Shown: one piece after another, positions 19,497-28,869 of the stretch | How positions within the stretch are numbered: the stretch's first letter is position 1 | How the letters are laid out: the number at the start of each line of letters is the position of its first letter | Origin: a virus | Strand: one strand, 5' to 3' | IMG/VR virus record: IMGVR_UViG_3300021963_007890 | Coordinates: 54,418 to 118,417 of that record | DNA: 64,000 nt | Position numbers and translations under genes: made by a program | The notes under the pieces: model-generated | What the model was told of the DNA's origin: nothing | Seen by the model: the letters and a program-made list of their open reading frames with translations, nothing else | Database searches by the model: none

Positions 19497-19727
19497 ATGA
19501 ATAAAAAACTTACTCTTAAATTCGCCCCAGGCGCTTTTGATGACTTTGATGGAACTCAAGAGGAACTGGATCAACTTGTGAAAACTATCCAAGAAGCAGT
19601 AGATTCTGGAGAGATTCTACGAATGTCACAAGAAGTTGATCTAGATGATCTGGTCACTGAAGATCCGGAATTAGCAGAAACCTTAAGATTAATGTTGGAA
19701 GACCCTAATAAAAGGAAACTAAACTAA
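19497..19727 (+). CDS. Acidic hypothetical phage protein
   Basis: 76 aa, FAPGAFDDFDGTQEELD. Confidence 0.75.
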   Translation: MNKKLTLKFAPGAFDDFDGTQEELDQLVKTIQEAVDSGEILRMSQEVDLDDLVTEDPELAETLRLMLEDPNKRKLN

Positions 19728-20260
19728 TGAGCAAGCACCTAATGGTTGATATGGAAACTTTGTCCGTAACTCCTCAGGCTGTGATTTTATCCATAGGAGC
19801 AGTGATATTCAATCCATATCATGAAGGACATACAGACGAGTTTTACTTGAAAGTCACACTAGATGATCAGGATCAATTAGGTAGAGAAATAGATCCTAAA
19901 ACTATCGACTGGTGGAGTAAACAAGATCCTGCAATAATGGAAGAAGCTTTTGATGAAACTGGTAGAATACTACTTAGCGAATCTATTGAACGATTTCATA
20001 AATTTGCCTGGGGGTGTGATGCTTTTTGGAGTCACGGTGCTACTTTTGACCTTGTAATACTTGAAAACATATACAAGAGCTTTAATAAAGGGTTACCTTG
20101 GAATTATTGGCAGTTAAGAGATACCCGTACATTATTTGATCTAGGATTTGATCCAGAAATGCCGCAAAATAGTAAACACGATGCTTTGCAAGATGCTATT
20201 AGGCAGGCTATCGGTGTTCAAAATGTTTATAGGAAAATAGCTCTGCTGAGGCAAGAATGA
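19727..20260 (+). CDS. DEDD 3'-5' exonuclease (DexA/Rv2179c-like)
   Basis: MVDMETL, WSHGATFD, RDTRT and HDALQDA. Confidence 0.88.
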   Translation: MSKHLMVDMETLSVTPQAVILSIGAVIFNPYHEGHTDEFYLKVTLDDQDQLGREIDPKTIDWWSKQDPAIMEEAFDETGRILLSESIERFHKFAWGCDAFWSHGATFDLVILENIYKSFNKGLPWNYWQLRDTRTLFDLGFDPEMPQNSKHDALQDAIRQAIGVQNVYRKIALLRQE

Positions 20261-20511
20261 AAATAGGTAAATTAGATAAAAGGCATAACGGATATGATCG
20301 ATTCAAATACTTCGCCAGTTTCTCCTCTACCAATCTATATAAATTTGTAGAAGTAAGAAACTGGTGTTGGCAAAATTGGGGTCCTAGTTCTGAGTTGGAC
20401 ATAACCGGTTTAGGTGACCAGAAATGGGCCTGGATTCATGGTCAATATAATACAAGGATTTATTTGGCTACAGACGCAGAATACCAATGGTTCGTTTTAA
20501 AATGGAAATAG
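20257..20511 (+). CDS. Hypothetical phage protein
   Basis: 84 aa, Trp-rich, ending FVLKW. Confidence 0.7.
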   Translation: MKIGKLDKRHNGYDRFKYFASFSSTNLYKFVEVRNWCWQNWGPSSELDITGLGDQKWAWIHGQYNTRIYLATDAEYQWFVLKWK

Positions 20512-20512
20512 T

Positions 20513-21367
20513 ATGAAAATTACCCTAGTATCAGATCTACATCTTGAGTTTAGCGACGTCAACCTTACTAACGAACAAGGTGCTGATGTTCTAATCCTTG
20601 GTGGCGATATTATGGTAGCACAAGACCTACACGATCATCCCGAGCCTGCCAATGCCATTGAGCGATCAATGATTGCTCATGGTCAAGGTTTAGGACGTAG
20701 GCAGGAAAAGGCTCAACAATTTAGGGATTTTCTAAAAAGAGTAAGTTTTCAATTCCCACACGTTATCTACATTGCGGGTAACCACGAGTACTATCATGGT
20801 AAATGGCCAGATAGCATTCGATACCTACGTGATGAAGTCAGTGTATTTCCTAACATTTATTTTTTAGAAAATGACGTAAAGGAAATTGATGATGTAGTAT
20901 TTGTGGGTGGTACCCTTTGGACTGATATGAACCGGGGTGATAGTGCGACTATTAACATGGTAAAGGCCATGTTAAATGACTATCGTGTTGTAAGAGATAG
21001 CACTAAAGAATATAGCAAACTACATCCACTTACTACATTAGGTAGACATCGTGAAACCTTGAAGTATATAAAGAATGTTGTAGACAGTGATCCCACTCGT
21101 AAGTATGTAGTGGTTGGTCATCACGCACCTAGTAAACGCAGCACCAAGCCAAAGTATGAAAAAGAATTTCACTTGAATGGTGGTTATAGCAGTGACCTAA
21201 ATGAATTCATTGAGGCACGCCCACAGATCAAATTATGGACTCATGGACATACACATGATGTTTATGATTATATAGTTGGTAGTACTCGCATTGTATGTAA
21301 CCCCCGTGGCTATGAGGGTTATGAGCCAGATAGTGGATGGGATCCTAACTTCACAATTGAGGTATGA
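20513..21367 (+). CDS. Calcineurin-like metallophosphoesterase
   Basis: SDLH, GGDI, GNHE, HHAP and HGHTH. Confidence 0.9.
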   Translation: MKITLVSDLHLEFSDVNLTNEQGADVLILGGDIMVAQDLHDHPEPANAIERSMIAHGQGLGRRQEKAQQFRDFLKRVSFQFPHVIYIAGNHEYYHGKWPDSIRYLRDEVSVFPNIYFLENDVKEIDDVVFVGGTLWTDMNRGDSATINMVKAMLNDYRVVRDSTKEYSKLHPLTTLGRHRETLKYIKNVVDSDPTRKYVVVGHHAPSKRSTKPKYEKEFHLNGGYSSDLNEFIEARPQIKLWTHGHTHDVYDYIVGSTRIVCNPRGYEGYEPDSGWDPNFTIEV

Positions 21368-21573
21368 TAGCACTCAGAGTTTTTGATATAAAACCCAACG
21401 AGGTTTTAGAGATAGTTCACCAAGTTAAGCAGCAGGGTTATAAACAGGGTATTGATTTTGATTTCGCACATTTTCAAGCAAAAATATCAATAGATGGTGT
21501 AGAAAGACGTTATACTAACTTTATGTTTTACAATGAAAAATTAGCTACTTATTTTGCTTTGAGGTATCAATGA
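21364..21573 (+). CDS. Hypothetical phage protein
   Basis: 69 aa, ATGA-coupled. Confidence 0.65.
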   Translation: MIALRVFDIKPNEVLEIVHQVKQQGYKQGIDFDFAHFQAKISIDGVERRYTNFMFYNEKLATYFALRYQ

Positions 21574-21848
21574 GACCAATCCAAGATGAACTATATGAAA
21601 ATTGGTGCGATCGATCTCGTATTTTTGAGCGAAATGTTGCTATTAGTCGAATATCTCAGAATGAAAATATCAAACTCGTTTTGGAAGAAATGTCTAATAA
21701 ACTCTTATCCAAAATGATGCATCCGTTATTTGAAATAATCAAAGAAGAAATTGTTAATGATTATGATCCTGTTAAATCTAGAGAAGAATACAAACGATTA
21801 TATTTGGATAAAGTTGGGCCTAGAGCCGACCACGTTTCTAATGACTAA
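21570..21848 (+). CDS. Stand-alone glutamyl-tRNA reductase dimerisation-domain-like protein
   Basis: FERNVAISRI...VLEEMSNKLLSKMMHP resembles the HemA C-terminal pattern E..KAL..L...L..KLLH.P. Confidence 0.55.
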   Translation: MRPIQDELYENWCDRSRIFERNVAISRISQNENIKLVLEEMSNKLLSKMMHPLFEIIKEEIVNDYDPVKSREEYKRLYLDKVGPRADHVSND

Positions 21849-21951
21849 TTTTTAAAATTTGTATATAATATAGATAAATAAATTTATATCAGACCTAATG
21901 GCTGATATATAGGCATAAGCCAAATTACTCACTTTTTAAGGAGAACAGATT

Positions 21952-23844
21952 ATGAGTAAAGTCATCGGTATCGATCTCGGTACTACCAATAGCTGCGTCG
22001 CAGTAATCGAAAACGGAAATCCCAAGGTAATTGAAAATTCAGAAGGTGCTCGTACTACACCTAGTATCATTGCCTACGGTGAGGAAATACTTGTTGGAGC
22101 ACCGGCAAAGCGCCAAGCAGTAACCAATCCCAAGAACACTATCTATGCTGCTAAACGACTGATCGGCAGAAAATTTAAGGAAAATGCTGTACAAAAAGAT
22201 ATCGATTTAATGCCCTATAAAATCATCGAGGCAGACAATGGTGATGCTTGGGTAGAAGCCAATAATCAAAAACTAGCACCTCCTCAGATCAGCGCAGAAG
22301 TATTGCGTAAAATGAAAAAGACTGCTGAAGATTATCTAGGTGCGGAAGTAACACAGGCTGTAATCACTGTACCTGCCTACTTTAACGATAGTCAAAGACA
22401 GGCTACTAAAGATGCAGGCCGTATAGCTGGACTTGAAGTTCTACGTATTATTAACGAACCTACTGCGGCGGCATTGGCCTACGGCGTAGACAAAACAGAT
22501 AAAAAAGATCGTAAAATTGCTGTATATGATCTAGGTGGTGGAACATTTGATATTAGTATTATTGAGATAGCCAACATTGACGATGATAAGCAAATTGAAG
22601 TATTAAGTACCAATGGTGATACATTTTTAGGTGGTGAAGATTTTGATCAACGCATTATGGATTTCCTAGTCACCGAGTTCAAAAAAGAACAAGGAGTTGA
22701 TCTAACTAAAGACGTTTTGGCACTTCAGCGTCTCAAAGAGGCTGCTGAAAAAGCTAAAATTGAACTAAGTAATAGCGCTCAAACCAATGTAAATCTGCCA
22801 TATGTAACCGCAGATGCTACAGGACCCAAACATTTAAACATAAGCATAACCAGAGCTAAATTAGAAAGTCTTGTGGATGAACTTATTCAACGCAGTATTG
22901 AACCTTGCCGTATCGCTATGAAGGATGCAGGAGTAACTGCAGCAGATATAGATGAGGTTATCCTTGTAGGTGGTATGACACGCATGCCTAAGGTACAGGC
23001 TACAGTTGAACAGGTATTTGGGAAGGCTCCGCGTCGAGATGTCAATCCAGATGAAGCTGTAGCAGCAGGGGCAGCTGTTCAAGGAGCAGTGCTTGCAGGT
23101 GATCGTAAAGATGTTCTTTTACTTGATGTCACTCCATTGAGCCTAGGTATTGAAACACAAGGCGGCGTAATGACCAAGGTTATTCAAAAGAATACAACTA
23201 TTCCTACTAAAAGTAGCGAAATTTTTAGCACCGCAGAAGACAATCAACCTGCAGTTAGCATTAGAGTATTCCAGGGCGAAAGAGATCTTGTAGTGTACAA
23301 TAAGTTACTAGGAGATTTTAGTTTAGGTGGTATTAACCCGGCTGCTAGAGGAACTCCTCAAATCGAAGTAACTTTTGATATAGATGCTAATGGTATCTTA
23401 AATGTTAGTGCTAAAGATAAAAGCACAGGTAAGGAAAATCAAATTACCATTAAATCAAGCAGTGGTCTAACCGAGTCTGAAATTAAAAAGATGATCAAAG
23501 AAGCGGAGGAAAATGCTGAGGCAGATAAGAAGCTAAAGGATCTTATCACTAGCCGTAACAGTGCAGAATCTCAACTTTATTCTGTAAAGAAAGATCTAAC
23601 CGAGTTTGATACTATAATTACAGAAGAAGAAAAAACTAGGATAAATGACAGTATTAAAGATCTAGAAGAAAAGGTCAAATCTGAAGATGCAGAAGCTATT
23701 CAAAAGGCCACTATGACATTAGTCCAAGATTCCTTGCCAATTCTTAAAGCCAAACAGGAAAAAGAAAAGGCAGAAAAAACTGCTAAAGATCAACCTAAAG
23801 ACGAAAAGGTTGTTGATGCAGAATTTACTGAAGTTAAAAACTAA
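21952..23844 (+). CDS. dnaK: Hsp70 chaperone DnaK
   Basis: [26 protein letters not shown] and C-terminal VVDAEFTEV. Confidence 0.98.
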   Translation: MSKVIGIDLGTTNSCVAVIENGNPKVIENSEGARTTPSIIAYGEEILVGAPAKRQAVTNPKNTIYAAKRLIGRKFKENAVQKDIDLMPYKIIEADNGDAWVEANNQKLAPPQISAEVLRKMKKTAEDYLGAEVTQAVITVPAYFNDSQRQATKDAGRIAGLEVLRIINEPTAAALAYGVDKTDKKDRKIAVYDLGGGTFDISIIEIANIDDDKQIEVLSTNGDTFLGGEDFDQRIMDFLVTEFKKEQGVDLTKDVLALQRLKEAAEKAKIELSNSAQTNVNLPYVTADATGPKHLNISITRAKLESLVDELIQRSIEPCRIAMKDAGVTAADIDEVILVGGMTRMPKVQATVEQVFGKAPRRDVNPDEAVAAGAAVQGAVLAGDRKDVLLLDVTPLSLGIETQGGVMTKVIQKNTTIPTKSSEIFSTAEDNQPAVSIRVFQGERDLVVYNKLLGDFSLGGINPAARGTPQIEVTFDIDANGILNVSAKDKSTGKENQITIKSSSGLTESEIKKMIKEAEENAEADKKLKDLITSRNSAESQLYSVKKDLTEFDTIITEEEKTRINDSIKDLEEKVKSEDAEAIQKATMTLVQDSLPILKAKQEKEKAEKTAKDQPKDEKVVDAEFTEVKN

Positions 23845-23909
23845 TTTCAGTATAATTGGGGGTACCTAATAGGGCCCCATAAGTGTCTTACTTTTTAAGG
23901 AGATATATT

Positions 23910-24344
23910 ATGACACAATTAGTTAGATTTGATACAAACGCTTTAAATAGGTCCTTTTTGGGTTTTGATCATTTGTTTAATGATTTGGAACGTAGATTTA
24001 CTAATCAAATCAATAACAATTATCCGCCCTATAATATTATTAAGACCAAAGAAAATCACTATAATCTTGAGGTGGCTGTCACAGGATTTCAAAAAGATGA
24101 AATTACTGTAGAAGTAGATCAAGACATGTTGATTGTCAAAGGCGAAAGGCAACGTCAAGACGATGATGAAGTACAATATCTACATCATGGACTGGCCAAT
24201 AGGGATTTTACAAGAACTTGGCCTTTGGCTGAACATATTGAAGTAGGCGAAGTTACTATTAAAAATGGTGTGCTTACTATCAATCTAGAAAGAAAAATTC
24301 CTGAATCATTAAAACCCCGTGTTTTGAAGATTAAGGAAGCCTAA
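23910..24344 (+). CDS. hsp20: Small heat shock protein (IbpA-like)
   Basis: YPPYNII, YLHHGLANRDF and NGVLTI; AAGGAG RBS before the ATG at 23910. Confidence 0.95.
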   Translation: MTQLVRFDTNALNRSFLGFDHLFNDLERRFTNQINNNYPPYNIIKTKENHYNLEVAVTGFQKDEITVEVDQDMLIVKGERQRQDDDEVQYLHHGLANRDFTRTWPLAEHIEVGEVTIKNGVLTINLERKIPESLKPRVLKIKEA

Positions 24345-24348
24345 TCAC

Positions 24349-24368
24349 CGTGGGGGATAATCCCCCAC
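24349..24368 (+). terminator. GC hairpin after hsp20 (terminator or processing stem)
   Basis: gtggggga-taa-tcccccac. Confidence 0.55.
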
Positions 24369-24390
24369 TAAATTATAGCTAAATATAATT

Positions 24391-24696
24391 ATGACAACTG
24401 AAACTGTTCTTGAGAAAACTAACAAAACTCTTGACAAATTTAAGGAGCCAAAAAAATATAAAGTCATTGTTTTAAATGATGACGTTACACCTATGGAATT
24501 TGTTATAGCATTATTAACCACAGTTTTTAGACACAGTATGGAGGCCGCCAGAGATATTACGCTGAAAATTCATAATGAAGGTAGTGCTGTGGTTGGGATA
24601 TATAATTATGAAGTAGCAGAACAAAAGACATTTGAAGCGAAAAGTTTAGCTAAGGCCAATAACCTACCTTTACAGATAACTATGGATCAAGAGTAA
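24391..24696 (+). CDS. clpS: Clp protease adaptor ClpS
   Basis: YKVIVLNDDVTPMEFV, IHNEGSAVVG and EVAEQK. Confidence 0.93.
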   Translation: MTTETVLEKTNKTLDKFKEPKKYKVIVLNDDVTPMEFVIALLTTVFRHSMEAARDITLKIHNEGSAVVGIYNYEVAEQKTFEAKSLAKANNLPLQITMDQE

Positions 24697-24698
24697 CA

Positions 24699-25253
24699 AT
24701 GAGTTTAAAAGAACGTACTAAAGAAAAGCACAAGCAGGCAGAATCAACTTTATTTATGGAATCAGTTTTCAAAAAGAAACTACCAACTGACTTATGGATA
24801 GACTGGACGAAACAAAAAAGTTTTTTTTATAATAAGATAGAATATTATTCAGACCAATTAGGGATTTTAGAGGGAATTGAAGATATTAGAAGAAGTTATT
24901 ACCTGCTTCAAGATTACTCAATTATGAATAACGGTAATTTGATTCATTCTATAAGGACACCAGTATTAGAATATGGTAATTACCTTGATTCTATAGGTAA
25001 TGATAGAAATAAAATTCTTGCTCATTTATATACCTGGCATATGGGAGATATGTTTGGCGGGCAAATGATAAAGAAAATTGTACCTGGATCACATTTAGCA
25101 TTGGAATTTAACAATTCTCAAAGTATTATGTCTAATCTTAGAGAGAAACTAAGTGACGATTTGGCAGACGAAGCTAATATAGCGTTTGATTGGGCCATAG
25201 AAATGATGAGCGATTATGACAACCACTTGGAACAAAATTATCAACTTAGCTGA
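24699..25253 (+). CDS. hemO: Heme oxygenase
   Basis: LKERTKEKHKQAE (proximal His), AHLYTWHMGDMFGGQMI and EANIAF. Confidence 0.9.
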   Translation: MSLKERTKEKHKQAESTLFMESVFKKKLPTDLWIDWTKQKSFFYNKIEYYSDQLGILEGIEDIRRSYYLLQDYSIMNNGNLIHSIRTPVLEYGNYLDSIGNDRNKILAHLYTWHMGDMFGGQMIKKIVPGSHLALEFNNSQSIMSNLREKLSDDLADEANIAFDWAIEMMSDYDNHLEQNYQLS

Positions 25254-25884
25254 AAGCATTGAAGATAAATTCAAAGCTACCGGCGAACGTTATCAAGAAA
25301 AAGAACATGCCTACGATTGGTATAATAATCTATATTCTAGTATAAGATATAGAAGAGCACACATTGAAATAGTAGATAAAAGAAATACACACGGTATATA
25401 TATTTTACATTCAACAGTGTTCCCTCATTTTAACGACCCTAGTCCAATTTGGGGATTTGATGCTATCTGCGGCAAAAATAAAATAACAGGCGCTTTTCAC
25501 GATTTTAGTAATGGTGGAGATCCTACGCACGACATGATGAATTGGTTTGATAAAGCAACACAGGATCTAGCTTGGTCTAAACCTCGACAACTTCCAGATT
25601 GGGCTAAACAAATTTTTAGTAAAAGTATGGTAGCTGCTGGTAATATACAAGAGGAAATAGAAATTGATCTACTTTGTCATTTAGCTAATACTTCTCTTAA
25701 GTATTATCTTGAAAATGTAGGAATAACTCAGACTTGCGGGGGAGATTTTCATATGGCGCAAAATCGTTACTGTCATTACCAAAAACAAAACCCACAAGTG
25801 ATCAAAAGTATGGTAGCTATGGGTGTTCCTGAACCTACTATTATAAAATTTGTAGACGAAATTTTGTTCCCAGAAACCGTATAA
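25216..25884 (+). CDS. Ferredoxin-dependent bilin reductase (PcyA/PcyX-like)
   Basis: RRAHIE, ILHSTVFP, PIWGFD, GAFHDFS, LPDWA..IFS and QNRYC; overlaps hemO. Confidence 0.85.
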   Translation: MTTTWNKIINLAESIEDKFKATGERYQEKEHAYDWYNNLYSSIRYRRAHIEIVDKRNTHGIYILHSTVFPHFNDPSPIWGFDAICGKNKITGAFHDFSNGGDPTHDMMNWFDKATQDLAWSKPRQLPDWAKQIFSKSMVAAGNIQEEIEIDLLCHLANTSLKYYLENVGITQTCGGDFHMAQNRYCHYQKQNPQVIKSMVAMGVPEPTIIKFVDEILFPETV

Positions 25885-25894
25885 ATATTTTATT

Positions 25895-27016
25895 ATGCGA
25901 TTTAGTGAATTCTCAACCCCATTAGAAGAAGGTGGAAAAAGCAGCGGTGTTAGGTATAACAGCGAAATTGCGATGTTATGCGCTCTCATAGGTTCTGATC
26001 CTGAAACATTTAATCCTGCTAATCCTCAGTTAACTATTCCTTCTGAATCATTATCAGATCCAACTGGTACATATAATTCAATAAAAAAACTTTTAGGACC
26101 TAACTTTGATCAAGGACTATTTTTAAGATGGTTCCAGATAGGCTCTAAATATTCTGAACTTATTAAAAATAAACTATCAGAAACAGGAGAGTCAATTATC
26201 AGTTTCTCATGGGCAGGTGGAAAAAACAAAGCAGACAATGCTGCAGATATCGGATTTGAAGGAACTAGCATAGCAGGAATAAGTCTTAAGGCAGAAGGAG
26301 GAATCACTCTTGCTAACCTAACACCTAAGGCTCTGGGACTGACTCCAGAAAGAGGAAATGATATATTTTATCAATACGCTCAAGACGAATTTAAAAAAAT
26401 GAAGCAGGATATTTTCAATGATGTGTTGGCGCAGGCACAAAGCCAACCGGGTGAAGTAATCGCTCCATTGACAGACAAATATACAATAATGTTTGACCCT
26501 GCTACACAAAAGTTTACTTGTAAAGGTAAAACCAGTTTAACAGCAGATGCTAATACTATTATTGCCTCTTCAGGTAAAAATGCAAAATGGCAACGTGTGT
26601 TTGGTGATTGGTTTCAGGCCAATTGGCAAACAAAGAAAGCATATGCTACTCCTTTATTTTCTAAGATTGCTACTGTTTTTGAAGCTATAATTGAAAACAA
26701 TCTTAAACAAAATAACAGTCTTACATCTATGCTTAGATTTTCCAAACAGCCTTACTTTTATGCAAGTGTAAACGGACTTTATTATGTACCTAGTATAACA
26801 GAAGTTGAGGACCTCCAACTAATGGGATTGAAGTATGGAGCCCCAGACGGAACTAGTCAACTATTTGTAGCCCAAATTGGACGTCCTGACAGCAACGAGT
26901 TCGCAGAGTTAGATATCTATATTAGATATGCTAACGGTATGTTTGAAAGTAATCCTACAGTTAGAATTCAAACTCTACGAAATCCTCAATTTATCAGTTG
27001 GGAAAAATTATCTTAA
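25895..27016 (+). CDS. Putative head-packaged protein with PD-(D/E)XK-like motif
   Basis: N-terminal MRFSEF..PLEE leader; AADI...ISLK motif. Confidence 0.5.
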   Translation: MRFSEFSTPLEEGGKSSGVRYNSEIAMLCALIGSDPETFNPANPQLTIPSESLSDPTGTYNSIKKLLGPNFDQGLFLRWFQIGSKYSELIKNKLSETGESIISFSWAGGKNKADNAADIGFEGTSIAGISLKAEGGITLANLTPKALGLTPERGNDIFYQYAQDEFKKMKQDIFNDVLAQAQSQPGEVIAPLTDKYTIMFDPATQKFTCKGKTSLTADANTIIASSGKNAKWQRVFGDWFQANWQTKKAYATPLFSKIATVFEAIIENNLKQNNSLTSMLRFSKQPYFYASVNGLYYVPSITEVEDLQLMGLKYGAPDGTSQLFVAQIGRPDSNEFAELDIYIRYANGMFESNPTVRIQTLRNPQFISWEKLS

Positions 27017-27044
27017 TTAGATAAGTATCCATATAAATAGTTAT

Positions 27045-27422
27045 ATGGAGATATTACTATTAATGTTTCTGCTACAGGCCAAACATTGGTACGCAGACTT
27101 TTTCATTCAAACATATGATCAAACTGTAAAAAAGGGAATTTATGGTGATCCTATAGGTTTAAGCCACTCATTAGATCATATCCTATGGAGCATAGTGGCT
27201 CTTGTAATTTTTAGTTTCTTTCATTATCTTACCCCAGTTGAAATACTGGCTATCAGCATTTTAGAAGGTATCGCTCACTATCATATAGACTGGTTTAAGG
27301 TAAAGTATGGAACTAAGGACATGACCAAGCCTAGATTTTGGCGAGAGTTTGGTGCAGATCAAATGGCACATCATATCTGCTACTTGTTTATAATTTGGTA
27401 TATAATGGTTAGAAGCAGTTAA
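27045..27422 (+). CDS. DUF3307-like membrane protein
   Basis: KHWYADF..Q, HYHIDWFK and GADQMAH. Confidence 0.75.
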   Translation: MEILLLMFLLQAKHWYADFFIQTYDQTVKKGIYGDPIGLSHSLDHILWSIVALVIFSFFHYLTPVEILAISILEGIAHYHIDWFKVKYGTKDMTKPRFWREFGADQMAHHICYLFIIWYIMVRSS

Positions 27423-27466
27423 ATTCTTAAACGCTCCGATAAATAATATATAACTAAGGAGCGACT

Positions 27467-27940
27467 ATGAAGAAAATTGCGTTGGTATTGCTTCTCATTC
27501 CAACACTTGTTCATGCTGAATTGGTTCAACAATTTAAGAGTCCAAGTTTTAACGGACAAAATTGGAGCAGCCATGTTCTTACCATAGACAGTATAGAAAA
27601 AGCACGTAAAGATAACATCGAGAGCCAGAAGAAATCAGAAGAGGCTAAATTGTTAGCCGAAGCACAGAATACACCATTGGCTCGCTTTATGAGCCTGTTT
27701 ACCAGTCAAGTATATGCTCAATTGGCCAGTCAACTTAGCACAAATCTATTCCAAAATAAATGCCAAGGTGCAGACGGATTAGCCATACCCGGTTGCGTTA
27801 ATCCTTCAAGCGGAGTGTTTAGTTTAGATGGTAATACTATTACCTGGGTAAAAACGGACAAAGATGTTACTTTGACAGTGGTTGATAAGGCAGGCACCGT
27901 AACTGTTGTCAAAGTTCCTATAGCAAGTTTTGGATTCTAA
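27467..27940 (+). CDS. csgF: Curli assembly component CsgF-like protein
   Basis: Signal peptide, then AELVQQFKSPSFNG (CsgF-type FxNPxFGG); directly upstream of csgG. Confidence 0.75.
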   Translation: MKKIALVLLLIPTLVHAELVQQFKSPSFNGQNWSSHVLTIDSIEKARKDNIESQKKSEEAKLLAEAQNTPLARFMSLFTSQVYAQLASQLSTNLFQNKCQGADGLAIPGCVNPSSGVFSLDGNTITWVKTDKDVTLTVVDKAGTVTVVKVPIASFGF

Positions 27941-27941
27941 T

Positions 27942-28853
27942 ATGAAGAATATATTTAAACTAACTATCATAGCGGCCAGTATAGCCATATCGGGCTGTAA
28001 TGCCATTCGTCCAGTGTTAGATGCTAAAGCAGCCAGTGAACCCAGAGTCAGCCAAAACATGCTGAAAGAACTTAATCAAGTTCCAGCACCAATGGGTCCT
28101 CCTATCACTGTGGCTGTATATAACTTTAGAGACCTAACAGGACAACGTAAACCCAGTAACACACTGAGTCTTTTTAGTTCAGCAGTGACACAGGGCGCAG
28201 AAAGTTATCTAATTAAAACACTGGCAGAAGTAGGTAATCGTCAATGGTTTACTGTGGTAGAACGTGTTGGTCTTGACAATCTATTAAAAGAACGTCAAAT
28301 GATCAAACAGACTCGTGAGATCTATGACGGTGAAAAGGCCAAGATGCTGCCACCGATGACACTGGCAGGTGTTATCATTGAGGGCGGTATTATAGATTAT
28401 AATTCAAACACACTGACAGGTGGAACTGGAGCACGTTGGTTAGGCATAGGGCCATATACTCAATATACACAAGATTTGGTCGTTATTAGTCTAAGACTGG
28501 TCAGTGTTCAAACAGGTGAAGTATTAACCAGCGTCACTATTGAAAAGAACTTACTATCTACAGCAGAAGGTGTTACTACATTTAAATTCTTCAACACTGC
28601 CACAAGAGCCTTTGAATTAGACTCAAGTCAGACTTTTAATGAACCGGGCAACTATGCTCTACGTTCGGCCATAGAAGCGGGTGTAATAGAACTTATTCGT
28701 CAAGGAGAAAGCCAAGGACTGTGGAAATACAAGGAGCAAGTGAAACATGACGTGGTTCCGACACCGCAGCCCAAAACTGCCCCCCAGTCTACTGAATCAG
28801 CCCCCAATCAAGGATTGGTCGACTCCAGCGGCCAACCAGTTAAAACAAACTAA
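27942..28853 (+). CDS. csgG: Curli secretion channel lipoprotein CsgG
   Basis: Lipobox IAISGC; VAVYNFRDLTGQRKP, SSAVTQG, WFTVVERVGLDNLLKERQ and EGGIIDY. Confidence 0.93.
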   Translation: MKNIFKLTIIAASIAISGCNAIRPVLDAKAASEPRVSQNMLKELNQVPAPMGPPITVAVYNFRDLTGQRKPSNTLSLFSSAVTQGAESYLIKTLAEVGNRQWFTVVERVGLDNLLKERQMIKQTREIYDGEKAKMLPPMTLAGVIIEGGIIDYNSNTLTGGTGARWLGIGPYTQYTQDLVVISLRLVSVQTGEVLTSVTIEKNLLSTAEGVTTFKFFNTATRAFELDSSQTFNEPGNYALRSAIEAGVIELIRQGESQGLWKYKEQVKHDVVPTPQPKTAPQSTESAPNQGLVDSSGQPVKTN

Positions 28854-28869
28854 GAAGGACGGAGCGAAC

